Shown: positions 40,689-51,588, counted from the first letter of the stretch. The stretch: DNA of 63,326 nt from an uncultured Clostridia bacterium (GCA_947588945.1 CANPZY010000005.1:1-63326); one strand, 5' to 3'. The notes: generated from the letters alone by a model not told the origin. Numbers and translations: made by a program.

Positions 40689-41372
40689 ATGATAGAATTT
40701 AGAAATGTAAGTAAATCATATACAACAGGACAAGAGGCTGTACATAATGCAAGTTTTAATATAGAAAAAGGTGAATTTGCTTTTTTAGTTGGAAGTTCTG
40801 GATCAGGAAAGTCAACTTTAATTAAATTGATATTAAAAGAAGAGGAACCAACATCAGGCAACATAATCATAAATGGAAAAGATATAACATTTTTGAAACC
40901 TAGTAGAATTCCATATTTGAGAAGAAGTATGGGAATAGTTTTTCAAGACTTTAGATTACTTCCAGATAAGACTGTATATGACAATGTTGCATTTGCAATG
41001 CATGTAGTTAGAGCTACACCAAAGCATATAAGAAGACAAGTTCCTATGGTTTTATCACAAGTAGGACTTGGTGATAAAGCAAAAGTTTATCCTAATGAAC
41101 TTTCAGGTGGGGAGCAACAAAGAGTTGCATTAGCAAGAGCTATTGTAAATAATCCATCTATGCTTATAGCAGACGAGCCAACAGGAAATCTTGATCCAAA
41201 TACTGCGTGGGATATTATGGAAATTTTAAATGATATTAATTTAAGAGGAACAACAGTTGTAGTAGCAACTCATGCTAAAGAAATAGTTGATCAAATGAAA
41301 AAGAGAGTTATTCGTATAGACAAGGGTAACATAGTACGTGATGAAAAAGGTGGGTATGATAGTGAAGTATAA
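40689..41372 (+). CDS. ftsE: cell division ATP-binding protein FtsE
   Basis: MIEFRNVSKSY, Walker A GSSGSGKST, LSGGEQQRVALARA, Walker B LIADEPTGNLD. The track ORF start at 40653 is an upstream extension. Confidence 0.9.
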   Translation: MIEFRNVSKSYTTGQEAVHNASFNIEKGEFAFLVGSSGSGKSTLIKLILKEEEPTSGNIIINGKDITFLKPSRIPYLRRSMGIVFQDFRLLPDKTVYDNVAFAMHVVRATPKHIRRQVPMVLSQVGLGDKAKVYPNELSGGEQQRVALARAIVNNPSMLIADEPTGNLDPNTAWDIMEILNDINLRGTTVVVATHAKEIVDQMKKRVIRIDKGNIVRDEKGGYDSEV

Positions 41373-42261
41373 TAGTTTTGGATATTTAATTAGTGAAGGT
41401 TTTAGAAGTGTTGCAAAACAAAAGAAAATGACTAGTGCCTCAATAATTATAATGTGTGCAACTATGTTTATATTTGGAGCATTTTATTTAATAGGTGAAA
41501 ATGTCAATTTTATAATGGGACAAGTAGAGAGTCAACAAGGTATGAGAGTTATTCTATCTGATGACACCACTGATGATGAGATTGCTAGTTTAAAGACTAA
41601 AATAAGTCAAATTGATGGTGTAAATCAGGTTACCTTTTATTCTAAAGAAGATAACTTAGCCTCAATAAAAGAACAGTTAAGTGAATACCTTGAAATACTT
41701 GATACTTATGATGAGGATAACCCATTTCCAGATGCATATTTTGTAACATTAACAGATTTGAATTTAAATGATTCTGTTCAAGAACAGATTTTGAAATTAG
41801 ATGGAGTGGAAGAAATAGTTGCAAGTGATGATACAATTTCTTCGCTTTCTAGTGTGGCTCATGGAATACAGATGGGTACATTAGGCTTATTAATAATTTT
41901 AATCATAATTTCTGTATTTATTATTTCATATACAATTAAACTAACTGTTTATGCAAGAAGAAAAGAAATATCAATAATGAAATATGTTGGTGCTACTAAT
42001 AGCTTTATTAGAGGACCATTTATTGTAGAGGGTATAATTATAGGAGTTATCTCTGCTGTAATTACTTTAGGAATTATAGGTCTAGCATATAATTCAGTAA
42101 TTAATATGATGCTATCATCAGTGGTAATTCAGAGAATAAATATATCTTTATATAGTTTTTCTGATATATTTGCTAGATTGTTAATCGTATATGTATTACT
42201 AGGAATTGGTATTGGTATTACAGGAAGTATAATTTCTATGAGAAAATATTTAAAAGTTTAA
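41341..42261 (+). CDS. ftsX: cell division permease FtsX
   Basis: Follows and overlaps ftsE. Has 4 TM helices, an extracellular loop domain and MKYVGATNSFIRGPF. The start is ambiguous (41338-41362). Confidence 0.85.
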   Translation: MKKVGMIVKYNSFGYLISEGFRSVAKQKKMTSASIIIMCATMFIFGAFYLIGENVNFIMGQVESQQGMRVILSDDTTDDEIASLKTKISQIDGVNQVTFYSKEDNLASIKEQLSEYLEILDTYDEDNPFPDAYFVTLTDLNLNDSVQEQILKLDGVEEIVASDDTISSLSSVAHGIQMGTLGLLIILIIISVFIISYTIKLTVYARRKEISIMKYVGATNSFIRGPFIVEGIIIGVISAVITLGIIGLAYNSVINMMLSSVVIQRINISLYSFSDIFARLLIVYVLLGIGIGITGSIISMRKYLKV

Positions 42262-42292
42262 AAACAAAAGTATAAAATTTTTGGAGGTATAA

Positions 42293-43459
42293 ATGAAGAA
42301 TAAAATTATATCTACAATAGTTATAGTAATACTCATGAGTACATATTTTATAAATGTGAGTTTAGCAGTTCCAACTCAATCAGAGATAGATGCTTTAAGG
42401 AGAGAACAGCAAAATGCGATTGCACAAAAAAATGCAATTAGTGAAGAAAAGTCTAATGAAAAGAAGAGCTTAGAAGAACTAAATGATGAATTAGACACAC
42501 TTAATAATGAAATAATGAATCTTCAAAATCAATTAAATACATTAAATAATTCAATATCAGAAAAAGAAAGTGAAATTGAAGTAAAACAAGCTGAACTTGA
42601 AGAAAAACAAGAACTTTTAAAGAAAAGACTAGTTGCAATGTATAAAACTGGAGGAATAAAATATTTAGATGTCTTATTAGGTGCAACAAGTTATGTAGAT
42701 ATGCTTGCGTCGTTTGATGCATTAGAGAGAATAGCTGATGCAGACACAAAATTAATAAATAAAGTAACTGATGAAAAAAGAGAACTAGAAAAAATTAAAT
42801 CAGAATTAGAAGAAGAAAAAGCAAAAGTTGATTCAGTAAAAGCTGAAAAAGATGCTAAGAATGTTGAGTTAAAAGCAAAACAAAAAGAAAAAGAAAATAG
42901 AATTGCATCTTTATCAGCAGAAGAGCAAGAGAAAGAGAAGTTAATTGAAAAATATCGTGCAGAGATTCAAAAAGGCGAGCAAGAGATTCAAGCTGAGATT
43001 GAAAGAAATAAAAATGCTAATAAAGGACAAAGTACAGTTGTTGGAAGTATAGATAATTCAAATGGAACTTTAGGTTGGCCACTTCCAAGTGCTTATGCAA
43101 GATATTCATATATTACTTCATATTTTGGACCAAGAGTAAGACCAACAGCAGGAGCTTCAACTAACCATGGAGCAATTGATATAGGAGTTGCCTATCAACC
43201 AGTATATGCATCAGAATCTGGAATAGTAGTAACATCAGGAGTAGTATCTGGTTATGGTAATTTCGTAATGATATGGCATAATGGTAAAGGACAATTATAC
43301 ACAGCTTACGCACATTTATCAACTATATATGTTTCAGCTGGACAAACAGTTAAAAGAGGACAACAAATAGCAGTTTCAGGAAATACAGGAGTTACAACTG
43401 GACCACATTTACACTTTGAGGTAAGATCAGGTGGTAGCCGGTTCAGGAAACAGAGTTGA
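42293..43459 (+). CDS. coiled-coil M23 peptidase (EnvC-like), C-terminal tail frameshifted
   Basis: Signal peptide, long coiled coil, HGAIDIG ... NTGVTTGPHLHFEV. The expected tail GSGNRVDPLNYVIVS is in the +1 frame and ends at 43487. Confidence 0.8.
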   Translation: MKNKIISTIVIVILMSTYFINVSLAVPTQSEIDALRREQQNAIAQKNAISEEKSNEKKSLEELNDELDTLNNEIMNLQNQLNTLNNSISEKESEIEVKQAELEEKQELLKKRLVAMYKTGGIKYLDVLLGATSYVDMLASFDALERIADADTKLINKVTDEKRELEKIKSELEEEKAKVDSVKAEKDAKNVELKAKQKEKENRIASLSAEEQEKEKLIEKYRAEIQKGEQEIQAEIERNKNANKGQSTVVGSIDNSNGTLGWPLPSAYARYSYITSYFGPRVRPTAGASTNHGAIDIGVAYQPVYASESGIVVTSGVVSGYGNFVMIWHNGKGQLYTAYAHLSTIYVSAGQTVKRGQQIAVSGNTGVTTGPHLHFEVRSGGSRFRKQS

Positions 43460-43659
43460 TCCATTAAATTATGTTATTGTATCATAATAAGAGAGTATAA
43501 TAAAATCATAAAAATATAAATTAATTCTAGTATTTTAATATACTTAAAAGGTAATATGAAAAATACTTTGAATTAATTATATTTTTATTAATGTAAGGAA
43601 AAAATTGTAATATAAATAAATTGACTAAATAAAATAAATAATATGTAAAAGGAGAAAAA

Positions 43660-44910
43660 ATGAAAAATATAATAATTAATATATTTTCAAAGTTAATAGT
43701 ATTATTATTAATTATTTTTCTTTTTGCAAATTATGCATTAGCTGATGAAAATACTACAAATATTGTAGAAGGAAATAATGTAACAGAAAATGTAGTAGAC
43801 GGAAATTCAACATCATCTAATAAAGTTCTTACCTTACAAGAACAACAAAATCAAGTTAAAGAGAATCTTAATAAGGCTAGAGAACAATTAGAATTTGTCG
43901 AAGATGAGATTTCGCTATCAGTTTTTCAAATACAGACATTAGAACAAAAAATATCAGAATATCAAGCAGAATTAGATGAAGTAAATAGTAAATATCAAGA
44001 TTTACAAAATAAAGTACAAGAGATGCAGAAAACTTTAGATGAAGTTCAAGCTGATTACGATAAGAAAAATGATTTATTAAAACAAAGATTAGTCGCATGG
44101 TATAAACGTGGAACTATATCATATTTAGATGTGTTATTGAATTCAAAAGATATAATTGACTTTATATCAAGATATTATACAATAAAAAAAATAACTGAAT
44201 ATGATGCTAAAATACTTGATGAAATAAATGATAAGAAAAATATCATTGAAAAGACAACAAATGAACTTAAAGAAGAAAAAGCAAATATGAAATTAATAAA
44301 AGCTCAGGCAGAAGAACAGACTGTAGTTTTAACAAATACAAAAACAATAGTAGAAAATCAAAAGTCAAGTTTAACTGAAAGTGAACAAAAAATAAAATCA
44401 GAAATAGATGCATATTTAAAACAGCAAGAAGAATTAGAGAATTTAATACAATATACAATATATGGTTCAACTTATGAGTTGCAATATGTAGGTGGAATAA
44501 TGATATGGCCAACTCTAGATACATCATATATTACATCTGCATTTGGAAGTAGACTTCATCCAATACAGGGGATTGTAAAAAATCATGATGGAATAGACAT
44601 AGGAGGAAGAATGGGTGATCCTGTGTATGCAGCATCAGATGGAGTAATAATATATTCGGCATATAATACCGGCGGATATGGAAATATGGTAATGATTGAT
44701 CATGGAATGAATGAACAAGGTATAAAAATAGTAACATTGTATGGACATGGAAGTGAATTAGTAAAAAATGTCGGAGATGTAGTAACTAAAGGTGATGTTA
44801 TTATGAAAGTGGGTTCAACTGGAAATTCAACAGGACCACATGTCCATTTTGAAGTAAGAGAAAATGGTGTGGCAGTGGATCCAAGAACATATTTATCAGC
44901 CCAAACATAA
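43660..44910 (+). CDS. coiled-coil M23 peptidase (EnvC-like), second paralog
   Basis: HDGIDIG ... STGNSTGPHVHFEVRENGVAVDPRTYL. Confidence 0.85.
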   Translation: MKNIIINIFSKLIVLLLIIFLFANYALADENTTNIVEGNNVTENVVDGNSTSSNKVLTLQEQQNQVKENLNKAREQLEFVEDEISLSVFQIQTLEQKISEYQAELDEVNSKYQDLQNKVQEMQKTLDEVQADYDKKNDLLKQRLVAWYKRGTISYLDVLLNSKDIIDFISRYYTIKKITEYDAKILDEINDKKNIIEKTTNELKEEKANMKLIKAQAEEQTVVLTNTKTIVENQKSSLTESEQKIKSEIDAYLKQQEELENLIQYTIYGSTYELQYVGGIMIWPTLDTSYITSAFGSRLHPIQGIVKNHDGIDIGGRMGDPVYAASDGVIIYSAYNTGGYGNMVMIDHGMNEQGIKIVTLYGHGSELVKNVGDVVTKGDVIMKVGSTGNSTGPHVHFEVRENGVAVDPRTYLSAQT

Positions 44911-44957
44911 AAATTTTTTAATTTATAATTTTGTTTGAAAGGATAGAAAGTAATATT

Positions 44958-46208
44958 ATGAAGGAACAAAAATTTAAGATTTTTTTTACGATGGTCATTA
45001 CAGCAATAATAACATGCTCAGTGACTTTATTATGGGTTTATGGTGGAACAAATAGCAATTCGGCTTTATCAGCATTAGGTACAGCTTTTAAATCTGATAA
45101 ACTAGTAACAAAGTTAGATATTATACAAAATAAAATTAATAAAGAGTATATTGGTGAAGTAAATGAAGATGACCTTATAGAGGGTGCAATAAAAGGATAT
45201 GTTGATGGTCTAAATGATAAATATTCAGAATATTACACAGTAGATGAAATGGAAGAATATTATTCTGATACAGTTGGTGCATATGTTGGAATAGGAATAT
45301 ATATAACTAAGATTAAGACAACTAATGAGCCATTAATAGTAGGAACTATAAAAGATTCTAATGCTGAAAAAGCAGGATTGAAAGCAGGAGATATAATACT
45401 TGCGGTAGATGGAGTTGAATTTAATGGAAATAATTATGATGAACTTACAGATATGGTAAAAGGAAAAATTGGAACAAAAGTAAAGATAAAAATTAAAAGA
45501 AATGCAAATGATAATTCAAATAATAATGAAATAGTAAATAATAGTACTGAAAATGTCAATGAAGAAATTTTAGAATTTGAAATTGAAAGAAAAAATATAG
45601 AAATGATTAGAGTAAGTTCACAGATGTTAGACAACAATATTGGTTATATTAATATTTCTAGCTTTGATGGAGTAAAAGTTTCAGACCAATTCGAAGAACA
45701 ATATGATAAATTATTAAATGAAGGTGCAAAATCATTAATAATAGATATTCGAGAAAATACTGGTGGAATAGTAGATGAAGCAGTTGAAATAGGAGATTTA
45801 TTAACAGGTAAAGGTGAAAATTTATTAATTGAAGAAAATAAAGAAGGAAAAGAAATCATTTCAAAATCTAAAAAAGATAAAAAAATAACAATGAAATTTG
45901 TTTTACTTGTAGATAAATATTCAGCAAGTGCTTCGGAGATTTTAGCAGGAATAGTTAAAGATATTGTAGATAATGGAACGATTGTAGGAGAAACAACTTT
46001 TGGAAAGGGAATAATACAAACATTGTATGAATTATCAGATGGAAGTGGCTTAAAGATTACAACAGAACAATACTATACTCCAAATCATAATGCAATAAAT
46101 GGAAAAGGAATTGAACCTGATGTAGTTGTAGAGGACTATGAGTTTAATGGAGAGTTAGAACTAGATAAAGATACTCAATTAAAAAAGGCGATGGAGCTAC
46201 TAAAATAA
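44958..46208 (+). CDS. S41-family C-terminal processing peptidase with a PDZ domain
   Basis: PDZ (AEKAGLKAGDIILAVDG), catalytic Ser region LVDKYSASASEILAG and TFGKG. The ATG at 44958 is preferred over the TTG at 44931. Confidence 0.85.
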   Translation: MKEQKFKIFFTMVITAIITCSVTLLWVYGGTNSNSALSALGTAFKSDKLVTKLDIIQNKINKEYIGEVNEDDLIEGAIKGYVDGLNDKYSEYYTVDEMEEYYSDTVGAYVGIGIYITKIKTTNEPLIVGTIKDSNAEKAGLKAGDIILAVDGVEFNGNNYDELTDMVKGKIGTKVKIKIKRNANDNSNNNEIVNNSTENVNEEILEFEIERKNIEMIRVSSQMLDNNIGYINISSFDGVKVSDQFEEQYDKLLNEGAKSLIIDIRENTGGIVDEAVEIGDLLTGKGENLLIEENKEGKEIISKSKKDKKITMKFVLLVDKYSASASEILAGIVKDIVDNGTIVGETTFGKGIIQTLYELSDGSGLKITTEQYYTPNHNAINGKGIEPDVVVEDYEFNGELELDKDTQLKKAMELLK

Positions 46209-46225
46209 TAATAAATATACTAATC

Positions 46226-46256
46226 AAAAAATGCTTGATAAAATCAAGCATTTTTT
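46226..46256. terminator. bidirectional terminator between the S41 peptidase gene and spoIVA
   Basis: aaaaaatgcttgat / atcaagcatttttt palindromic stem with flanking A-runs and T-runs. Confidence 0.75.
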
Positions 46257-47759
46257 TTATAATATTATACAAATCAATCCTCCAGAACCTTCATTTACTA
46301 TACGTTCTAAAGTTTGTTGTAATTTTACTTGCGCATCTTCTGGCATACAAGCAAGTTTATTTTGCAAACCTTCGTTTACTAAACTATGTAAACTTTTTCC
46401 AAATATATTAGAATCCCATATTTTCTTTGGATCGTTTTCAAATTCAGAAAGAAGAGATTTTACTAAATCTTCAGATTGTTTTTCACTTCCAACGATTGGA
46501 GAAACTTCCGTTTCAACTTCAGTTTTTATAAGATGTATGCTAGGAGCTTTAGCTTTTAATTTAACGCCATATTTTGAGCCTTGCTTAACCATTTCGGGTT
46601 CATCTAAAATAAGTTCATCAATAGTAGGAGTAATGATACCATAACCTTTGCTATTTACTTCTTCAAGAGCAGGAGCTAATTTATCATACTTACCCTTTAT
46701 AGAAGCATAATTTGTGAATGTTGAAAATAATTCATATTCATTTGTAATAGGAGTGCCAGACATTTCAGTTAAAATTTTATAAAATAAATTATTATTAACT
46801 GCAAGTGAAACAGTTATATTTCCGGTTCCTAGGTTTATTTCATCAACATTGCAAGAAGTTATAATATTTTCATTATTTTCAGAGGATAATGTTTCTTGCA
46901 TATTAGAAACTACTGAATTTACTTGCTTTATTATTTTTAGGTCAGAAAAATTATGTTTAATTTCATTAAACATTTCTTTTTTTAGCCAATGTTCTTTATC
47001 TAAAGCATCAATCCATTTTGCATACTTTAAGTTGATACGCTGAGTTGGAAATTCATACAAAACTTTGCTAAAAATTTCATTTATATCATCTAAGTTTAAA
47101 TTAGAACAATCAGTTGGAATGACTGGTACTCCATATTTTTCTTCTAAACTAGTAGATAAATCAATAGTATCATTAGAATGAGGGTTAGATGTATTTAAAA
47201 CAATAACAAATGGTTTATTTAGATTTTTAAGTTCTTCTGCAATTCTTTCTTCTGGTACAACATAATCTTCTCTATTAATTTCAGAAAAACTACCATCAGT
47301 TGTAACTAAGATTCCAATAGTAGAATGGTCAGTTATTACTTTTTTTGTACCGACTTCAGCTGCCTCTTGGAAAGGAATTTCTTCATCATACCAAGGCGTT
47401 TTTACCATTCTAGGAATATCATCTTCCATATATCCAATTGCATTGTTTACTAAATATCCAACACAATCAACAAGTCTAGTTCTAAATTTAACATTTCCAT
47501 TTAAAGTGATTTCGACTGCTTCATTTGGGACAAATTTTGGCTCTGTCGTCATAATAGTTCGACCAGTAGCACTTTGAGGAAGCTCATCTACGGCCCTTTC
47601 TCTTTTGTAAGAATTATCAATATTAGGAATAACTAGTAAATCCATAAAATTTTTAATAAAAGTTGATTTACCAGTTCTTACTGGTCCAACTACACCAACA
47701 TAAATATCACCATCAGTACGAGTCGCTATATCCTGATATAATTTTAAATTGTCTTCCAT
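46257..47759 (-). CDS. spoIVA: stage IV sporulation protein A
   Basis: N-terminus YQDIATRTDGDIYVGVVGPVRTGKSTFIKNFMDLLVIPNI ... ELPQSATGRTIMTTEPKFVPNEA is collinear with B. subtilis SpoIVA. Confidence 0.95.
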   Translation of the reverse strand: MEDNLKLYQDIATRTDGDIYVGVVGPVRTGKSTFIKNFMDLLVIPNIDNSYKRERAVDELPQSATGRTIMTTEPKFVPNEAVEITLNGNVKFRTRLVDCVGYLVNNAIGYMEDDIPRMVKTPWYDEEIPFQEAAEVGTKKVITDHSTIGILVTTDGSFSEINREDYVVPEERIAEELKNLNKPFVIVLNTSNPHSNDTIDLSTSLEEKYGVPVIPTDCSNLNLDDINEIFSKVLYEFPTQRINLKYAKWIDALDKEHWLKKEMFNEIKHNFSDLKIIKQVNSVVSNMQETLSSENNENIITSCNVDEINLGTGNITVSLAVNNNLFYKILTEMSGTPITNEYELFSTFTNYASIKGKYDKLAPALEEVNSKGYGIITPTIDELILDEPEMVKQGSKYGVKLKAKAPSIHLIKTEVETEVSPIVGSEKQSEDLVKSLLSEFENDPKKIWDSNIFGKSLHSLVNEGLQNKLACMPEDAQVKLQQTLERIVNEGSGGLICIIL

Positions 47760-48066
47760 TTTTACCTCCTTTAGAGACGCTTTATTAAATTTTAGATAAT
47801 TATATATTCTACTATATTATCGAAACGTTTGTACAAAACTTTATTAAAGTATATTAGTCAAGTTTAAACTTATGACTGTTTTTTCAAAAAATATTTACAT
47901 TAGCTTAAATTTTTTATATAATAGAAATATAAAAAAAGGAATAAAAAAGTTCTTTAATAAATATAGAAAAAAACACTTTTGGATGAAGTTGCATAAAATA
48001 TATAAATATGATACAATACTCTAAGTTTTGTCTTTACCGAAAATATATAAGAAAGGACTGCTAAGT

Positions 48067-49293
48067 ATGAATTACATAGATTTATTAAAAGAAAATAAAC
48101 AAGAACATATTTTAAAATTTTTAGATAAAATTGATGATAAAGATAAAGAAAGATTAATAAAACAAATTGAACAAATAGATTTTAAGCAATTGAAAGAATT
48201 ATATGAAATAAGTAAAGAAGATAAAAATAAGGCAATAATTATAGAACATATTCCATTTGTGGATAAATATAAATTAAGCGAAGAAAGATACAACAAATTA
48301 CAAAGTATTGGGGAAGAAGTTATAAAAAGTGGAAAATATGCTGTTGTTACATTAGCAGGAGGCCAAGGAACAAGACTAGGCCATAATGGACCAAAAGGAA
48401 CTTTTTTAGTAAATATCAAACCAAAACCTAAATATTTATTTGAAATAATTGCTGAAAATCTTAAAAAAGTTAATGAAAAATATAATATTGTTCTTCCTTG
48501 GTATATAATGACAAGTACGGAAAATAATGAAAAAACAGAAGAATTTTTTGAAGAGCATAATTTTTTTGGATATCCTAAAAATAATATATGCTTTTTTTCT
48601 CAAGACGATTTGCCACTTTTAGATGGAGATGGAAAGCTTGTAATTGATGAAAATTATAATATAAAAGTGGCATCTAATGGAAATGGCTCAGTGTATAAAG
48701 CAATGAAAAAAAATGGTGTTCTTGATGAAATGAAAAAAAGAAATATAGAATGGGTTTTTATGGGGGCAGTAGATAATATACTTCTTAATATGTGTGATCC
48801 AATTCTTTTAGGATTAACAATAGATGAAAAAAATGAAGTTGGTTCAAAATCAGTTGTAAAAGCTAATCCATTTGAAAAGGTAGGAGTATTTTGTAAAAAA
48901 GACAATAAGCCTGCAGTAATTGAATATTCTGAGCTTCCAGAAGAAATGGCTAAAGAAACTGATGAAGAAGGGGAGTTATTATTTGGTGAATCACATATAT
49001 CGTGTAATTTATATAGTATTAATGCTATCGAAGTTATTGCAGATAAAAAATTACCATATCATAGTGCACATAAAAAGATAAATTATTTAGATGAAAATGG
49101 AAATTTAATAGTTGCAACTGAACCAAATATTTTTAAATATGAAGCATTTATATTTGATGGGTTTAATTATTTTGATAACCTTTCTATATTAAGAGGAAGA
49201 AGAGAAGAAGATTTTGCACCAATTAAAAATAAAGCAGGAGTAGATAGTCCAGAAACAGCAATTGAATTATATAACAATTATTGGAAACTATAA
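48067..49293 (+). CDS. UDPGP-family (UAP1-like) UDP-sugar/UDP-N-acetylhexosamine pyrophosphorylase
   Basis: VVTLAGGQGTRLGHNGPKGTF nucleotide-binding loop. Eukaryote-type UDPGP layout. Confidence 0.75.
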   Translation: MNYIDLLKENKQEHILKFLDKIDDKDKERLIKQIEQIDFKQLKELYEISKEDKNKAIIIEHIPFVDKYKLSEERYNKLQSIGEEVIKSGKYAVVTLAGGQGTRLGHNGPKGTFLVNIKPKPKYLFEIIAENLKKVNEKYNIVLPWYIMTSTENNEKTEEFFEEHNFFGYPKNNICFFSQDDLPLLDGDGKLVIDENYNIKVASNGNGSVYKAMKKNGVLDEMKKRNIEWVFMGAVDNILLNMCDPILLGLTIDEKNEVGSKSVVKANPFEKVGVFCKKDNKPAVIEYSELPEEMAKETDEEGELLFGESHISCNLYSINAIEVIADKKLPYHSAHKKINYLDENGNLIVATEPNIFKYEAFIFDGFNYFDNLSILRGRREEDFAPIKNKAGVDSPETAIELYNNYWKL

Positions 49294-49339
49294 TAATTAT
49301 ATTTAATAATATATATTTAGGAAAGTGTGAATTTTTAAT

Positions 49340-50008
49340 ATGAAAGAGTGTGAGATAGTTAATTTATATGATTTGAATGAAACTATTGCAAAAGATTTTT
49401 TAAGCAAATTTAAATATCCTTGGGAAGCTTTAAAATATATTGAGGAGTTTATACTTGAGTTAGGACCAAAATTACCAAAAGAAGAATATAATCAAATTGA
49501 TGAAAATATATGGATTCATAAAACTGCATGTGTATATGAAAGTAGCTATATAAAAGGCCCAACGATAATTTGCAAGGGAGCAGAAATAAGACATTGTGCA
49601 TTTATTAGAGGAAAAGCAATAATTGGAGAAGATGCTGTTGTAGGAAATTCTAGTGAATTAAAAAATGTTATTTTATTTAATAAAGTTCAAGTACCACATT
49701 ATAATTATGTCGGAGATTCAATTTTAGGCTATAAGGCACATCTAGGAGCTGGTTCAATTACATCTAACCTAAAATCAGATAAAAAATTGATTATAATAAA
49801 AGGAAAAGATGAGCAAATTGAAACAGGTATTAAAAAAATTGGAGCAATGATTGGAGATAATGTTGAAGTTGGCTGTGGCACAGTACTTAATCCAGGAACT
49901 ATTGTAGGAAAAAATACTAACATATATCCACTGTCATCAGTAAGAGGTGTTGTTAGGGAAAATAGTATATATAAAAATAAAAATGAAATCGTAGATAAAT
50001 TAGTATAA
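49340..50008 (+). CDS. left-handed beta-helix (hexapeptide-repeat) protein resembling the GlmU C-terminal acetyltransferase domain
   Basis: Repeated [LIV]G-x4 hexapeptides (IIGEDAVVGNSSELKNVILFNKVQV ... IGDNVEVGCGTVLNPGTIVG). Confidence 0.6.
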   Translation: MKECEIVNLYDLNETIAKDFLSKFKYPWEALKYIEEFILELGPKLPKEEYNQIDENIWIHKTACVYESSYIKGPTIICKGAEIRHCAFIRGKAIIGEDAVVGNSSELKNVILFNKVQVPHYNYVGDSILGYKAHLGAGSITSNLKSDKKLIIIKGKDEQIETGIKKIGAMIGDNVEVGCGTVLNPGTIVGKNTNIYPLSSVRGVVRENSIYKNKNEIVDKLV

Positions 50009-50255
50009 ACTTATGTATCTCTGATATTATAAATAAAATTAAGTGGAAAGCCAAATTCAATTTGAAAAAACAAGTAAATATTATAAATAGGTCAAGTGAA
50101 AAAGTAAATGCAATTCTGTAAAGTAAAATAAATAAAAATAAAAAAATACTTGTAAATTTATGTATATATTGATATACTAAGAATATCATAAATAATAAAG
50201 ATCATAAATATATGATTACTTAAATTTTTAAAATATAGAAAGGAATGAGTTAATT

Positions 50256-50774
50256 ATGAGTGAAGAAAAAAAGAAAGAAGAAGTAAAAACAGAAAATTTA
50301 GAATCTAACATACAAATTTCTGATGATGTAGTATCAGTTATAGCAGGAATGGCAGCTTCAGAAGTTCCAGGAGTAGCAGAGATGGCAGGAGGATTTGCAG
50401 GAGGAATATCAGAAGTACTTAGTGGAAAGAAAAATATGTCAAAAGGAATAAAAGTTGATATCCAAGATAAAGTTACAAAAATAGATGTTAATATTATTGT
50501 AGAATATGGAGCTAGAATACCAGAAGTTGCTTTTGAAATTCAAAAAAGAGTTAAGAAATCAGTTGAAAATATGACTGGACTTGATGTAGAAGAAGTAAAT
50601 GTTCATGTTCAAGGAGTAAGTACTAACTCAGAGGATAAAAAGGTTCACAATGAGAAAAAAGAAGTAGAAATCAAAGAAGAAAAAGTTGAAGTGGTTAAAA
50701 AAGATAGCAAAAAGCCAGCTTCAAAATCAACAGCAAAAAAAGTTGATACTAAAAAAGTAGCAAAAAAGAAATAG
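50256..50774 (+). CDS. Asp23/Gls24-family envelope stress protein with a Lys-rich tail
   Basis: ISDDVVSVIAGMAASEVPGVAEM ... VNIIVEYGARIPEVAFEIQKRVK. Confidence 0.85.
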   Translation: MSEEKKKEEVKTENLESNIQISDDVVSVIAGMAASEVPGVAEMAGGFAGGISEVLSGKKNMSKGIKVDIQDKVTKIDVNIIVEYGARIPEVAFEIQKRVKKSVENMTGLDVEEVNVHVQGVSTNSEDKKVHNEKKEVEIKEEKVEVVKKDSKKPASKSTAKKVDTKKVAKKK

Positions 50775-50813
50775 TATGTTTATTAATATAACATCTATAA
50801 AAAGGAGTAAAAT

Positions 50814-51557
50814 ATGAAATTTTTAGATAAATTAGGACTTGCCCTATTCTCAATTATAACATTAGTAATAGCTATTGTTCTATGCTTGATAGGATTTGGA
50901 TGGATGGATCCAACTATATTTAGTATATTAATCGGAAAAGTATTAATTTCACAAACTTATACTTATATAATGATAGCAGTTTGTATTTTATTAATGCTTC
51001 TAGCTATCAGATGTATATTTTTCTCAGAAGTAGATGAGAAAAAAGAAGAAGACAATTCAGGTATTTTATTACAAAATGAAGATGGAAAATTATTAATTAC
51101 AGTAGAAACTCTAAAAAATATGGTTAATGGAGTATGCATGGACTTCAAAGAGATTGTAAAATCTGAGACAGAAGTTTCAATTACAAAAGAAAATGAAATA
51201 ATCATTAATGTAGCCATAGATGTTGCACATAACACTGTTATAAAGAATATATCTTCTAAATTACAAACTGAAATTAAAAGAGTGATTAAAATAGCTACTG
51301 GATTAGATATAGAATCAGTTAATGTTAGAATAAGGAATGTAGAAAATGAAGTTGAGATAAACAAAGTTATTAGTGAAAAAATAGCTGAAAATGAAGAAAA
51401 TACTGAAAAAAATAATGATAAAATTATTCAAAAGAACATTCAAGATAATAACAAAAAGAAAATAGAAAAGAAAAATGTTGATACAAAACCAAATGAAAAA
51501 AAGAATACTAGCACTGCAAAGAAATCACAAAATAAAAATACTAAAAAAACAAAATAA
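50814..51557 (+). CDS. amaP: alkaline shock response membrane anchor protein AmaP-like
   Basis: Position after asp23, two N-terminal TM helices, and an Asp23-like C-terminal region. Confidence 0.6.
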   Translation: MKFLDKLGLALFSIITLVIAIVLCLIGFGWMDPTIFSILIGKVLISQTYTYIMIAVCILLMLLAIRCIFFSEVDEKKEEDNSGILLQNEDGKLLITVETLKNMVNGVCMDFKEIVKSETEVSITKENEIIINVAIDVAHNTVIKNISSKLQTEIKRVIKIATGLDIESVNVRIRNVENEVEINKVISEKIAENEENTEKNNDKIIQKNIQDNNKKKIEKKNVDTKPNEKKNTSTAKKSQNKNTKKTK

Positions 51558-51588
51558 ATAATTAGCAAGACGAAAGGGTGTTTTTCAA

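Noticed and set aside
46231-46644. 137-aa + strand ORF.
   Set aside because: It lies entirely antisense to spoIVA, whose identity is unambiguous. It has no RBS and starts inside the bidirectional terminator.
47760-47900. Assigning a sigma-E type promoter to spoIVA.
   Set aside because: Several AT-rich near-matches exist on the minus strand, but none could be distinguished from background composition by eye.
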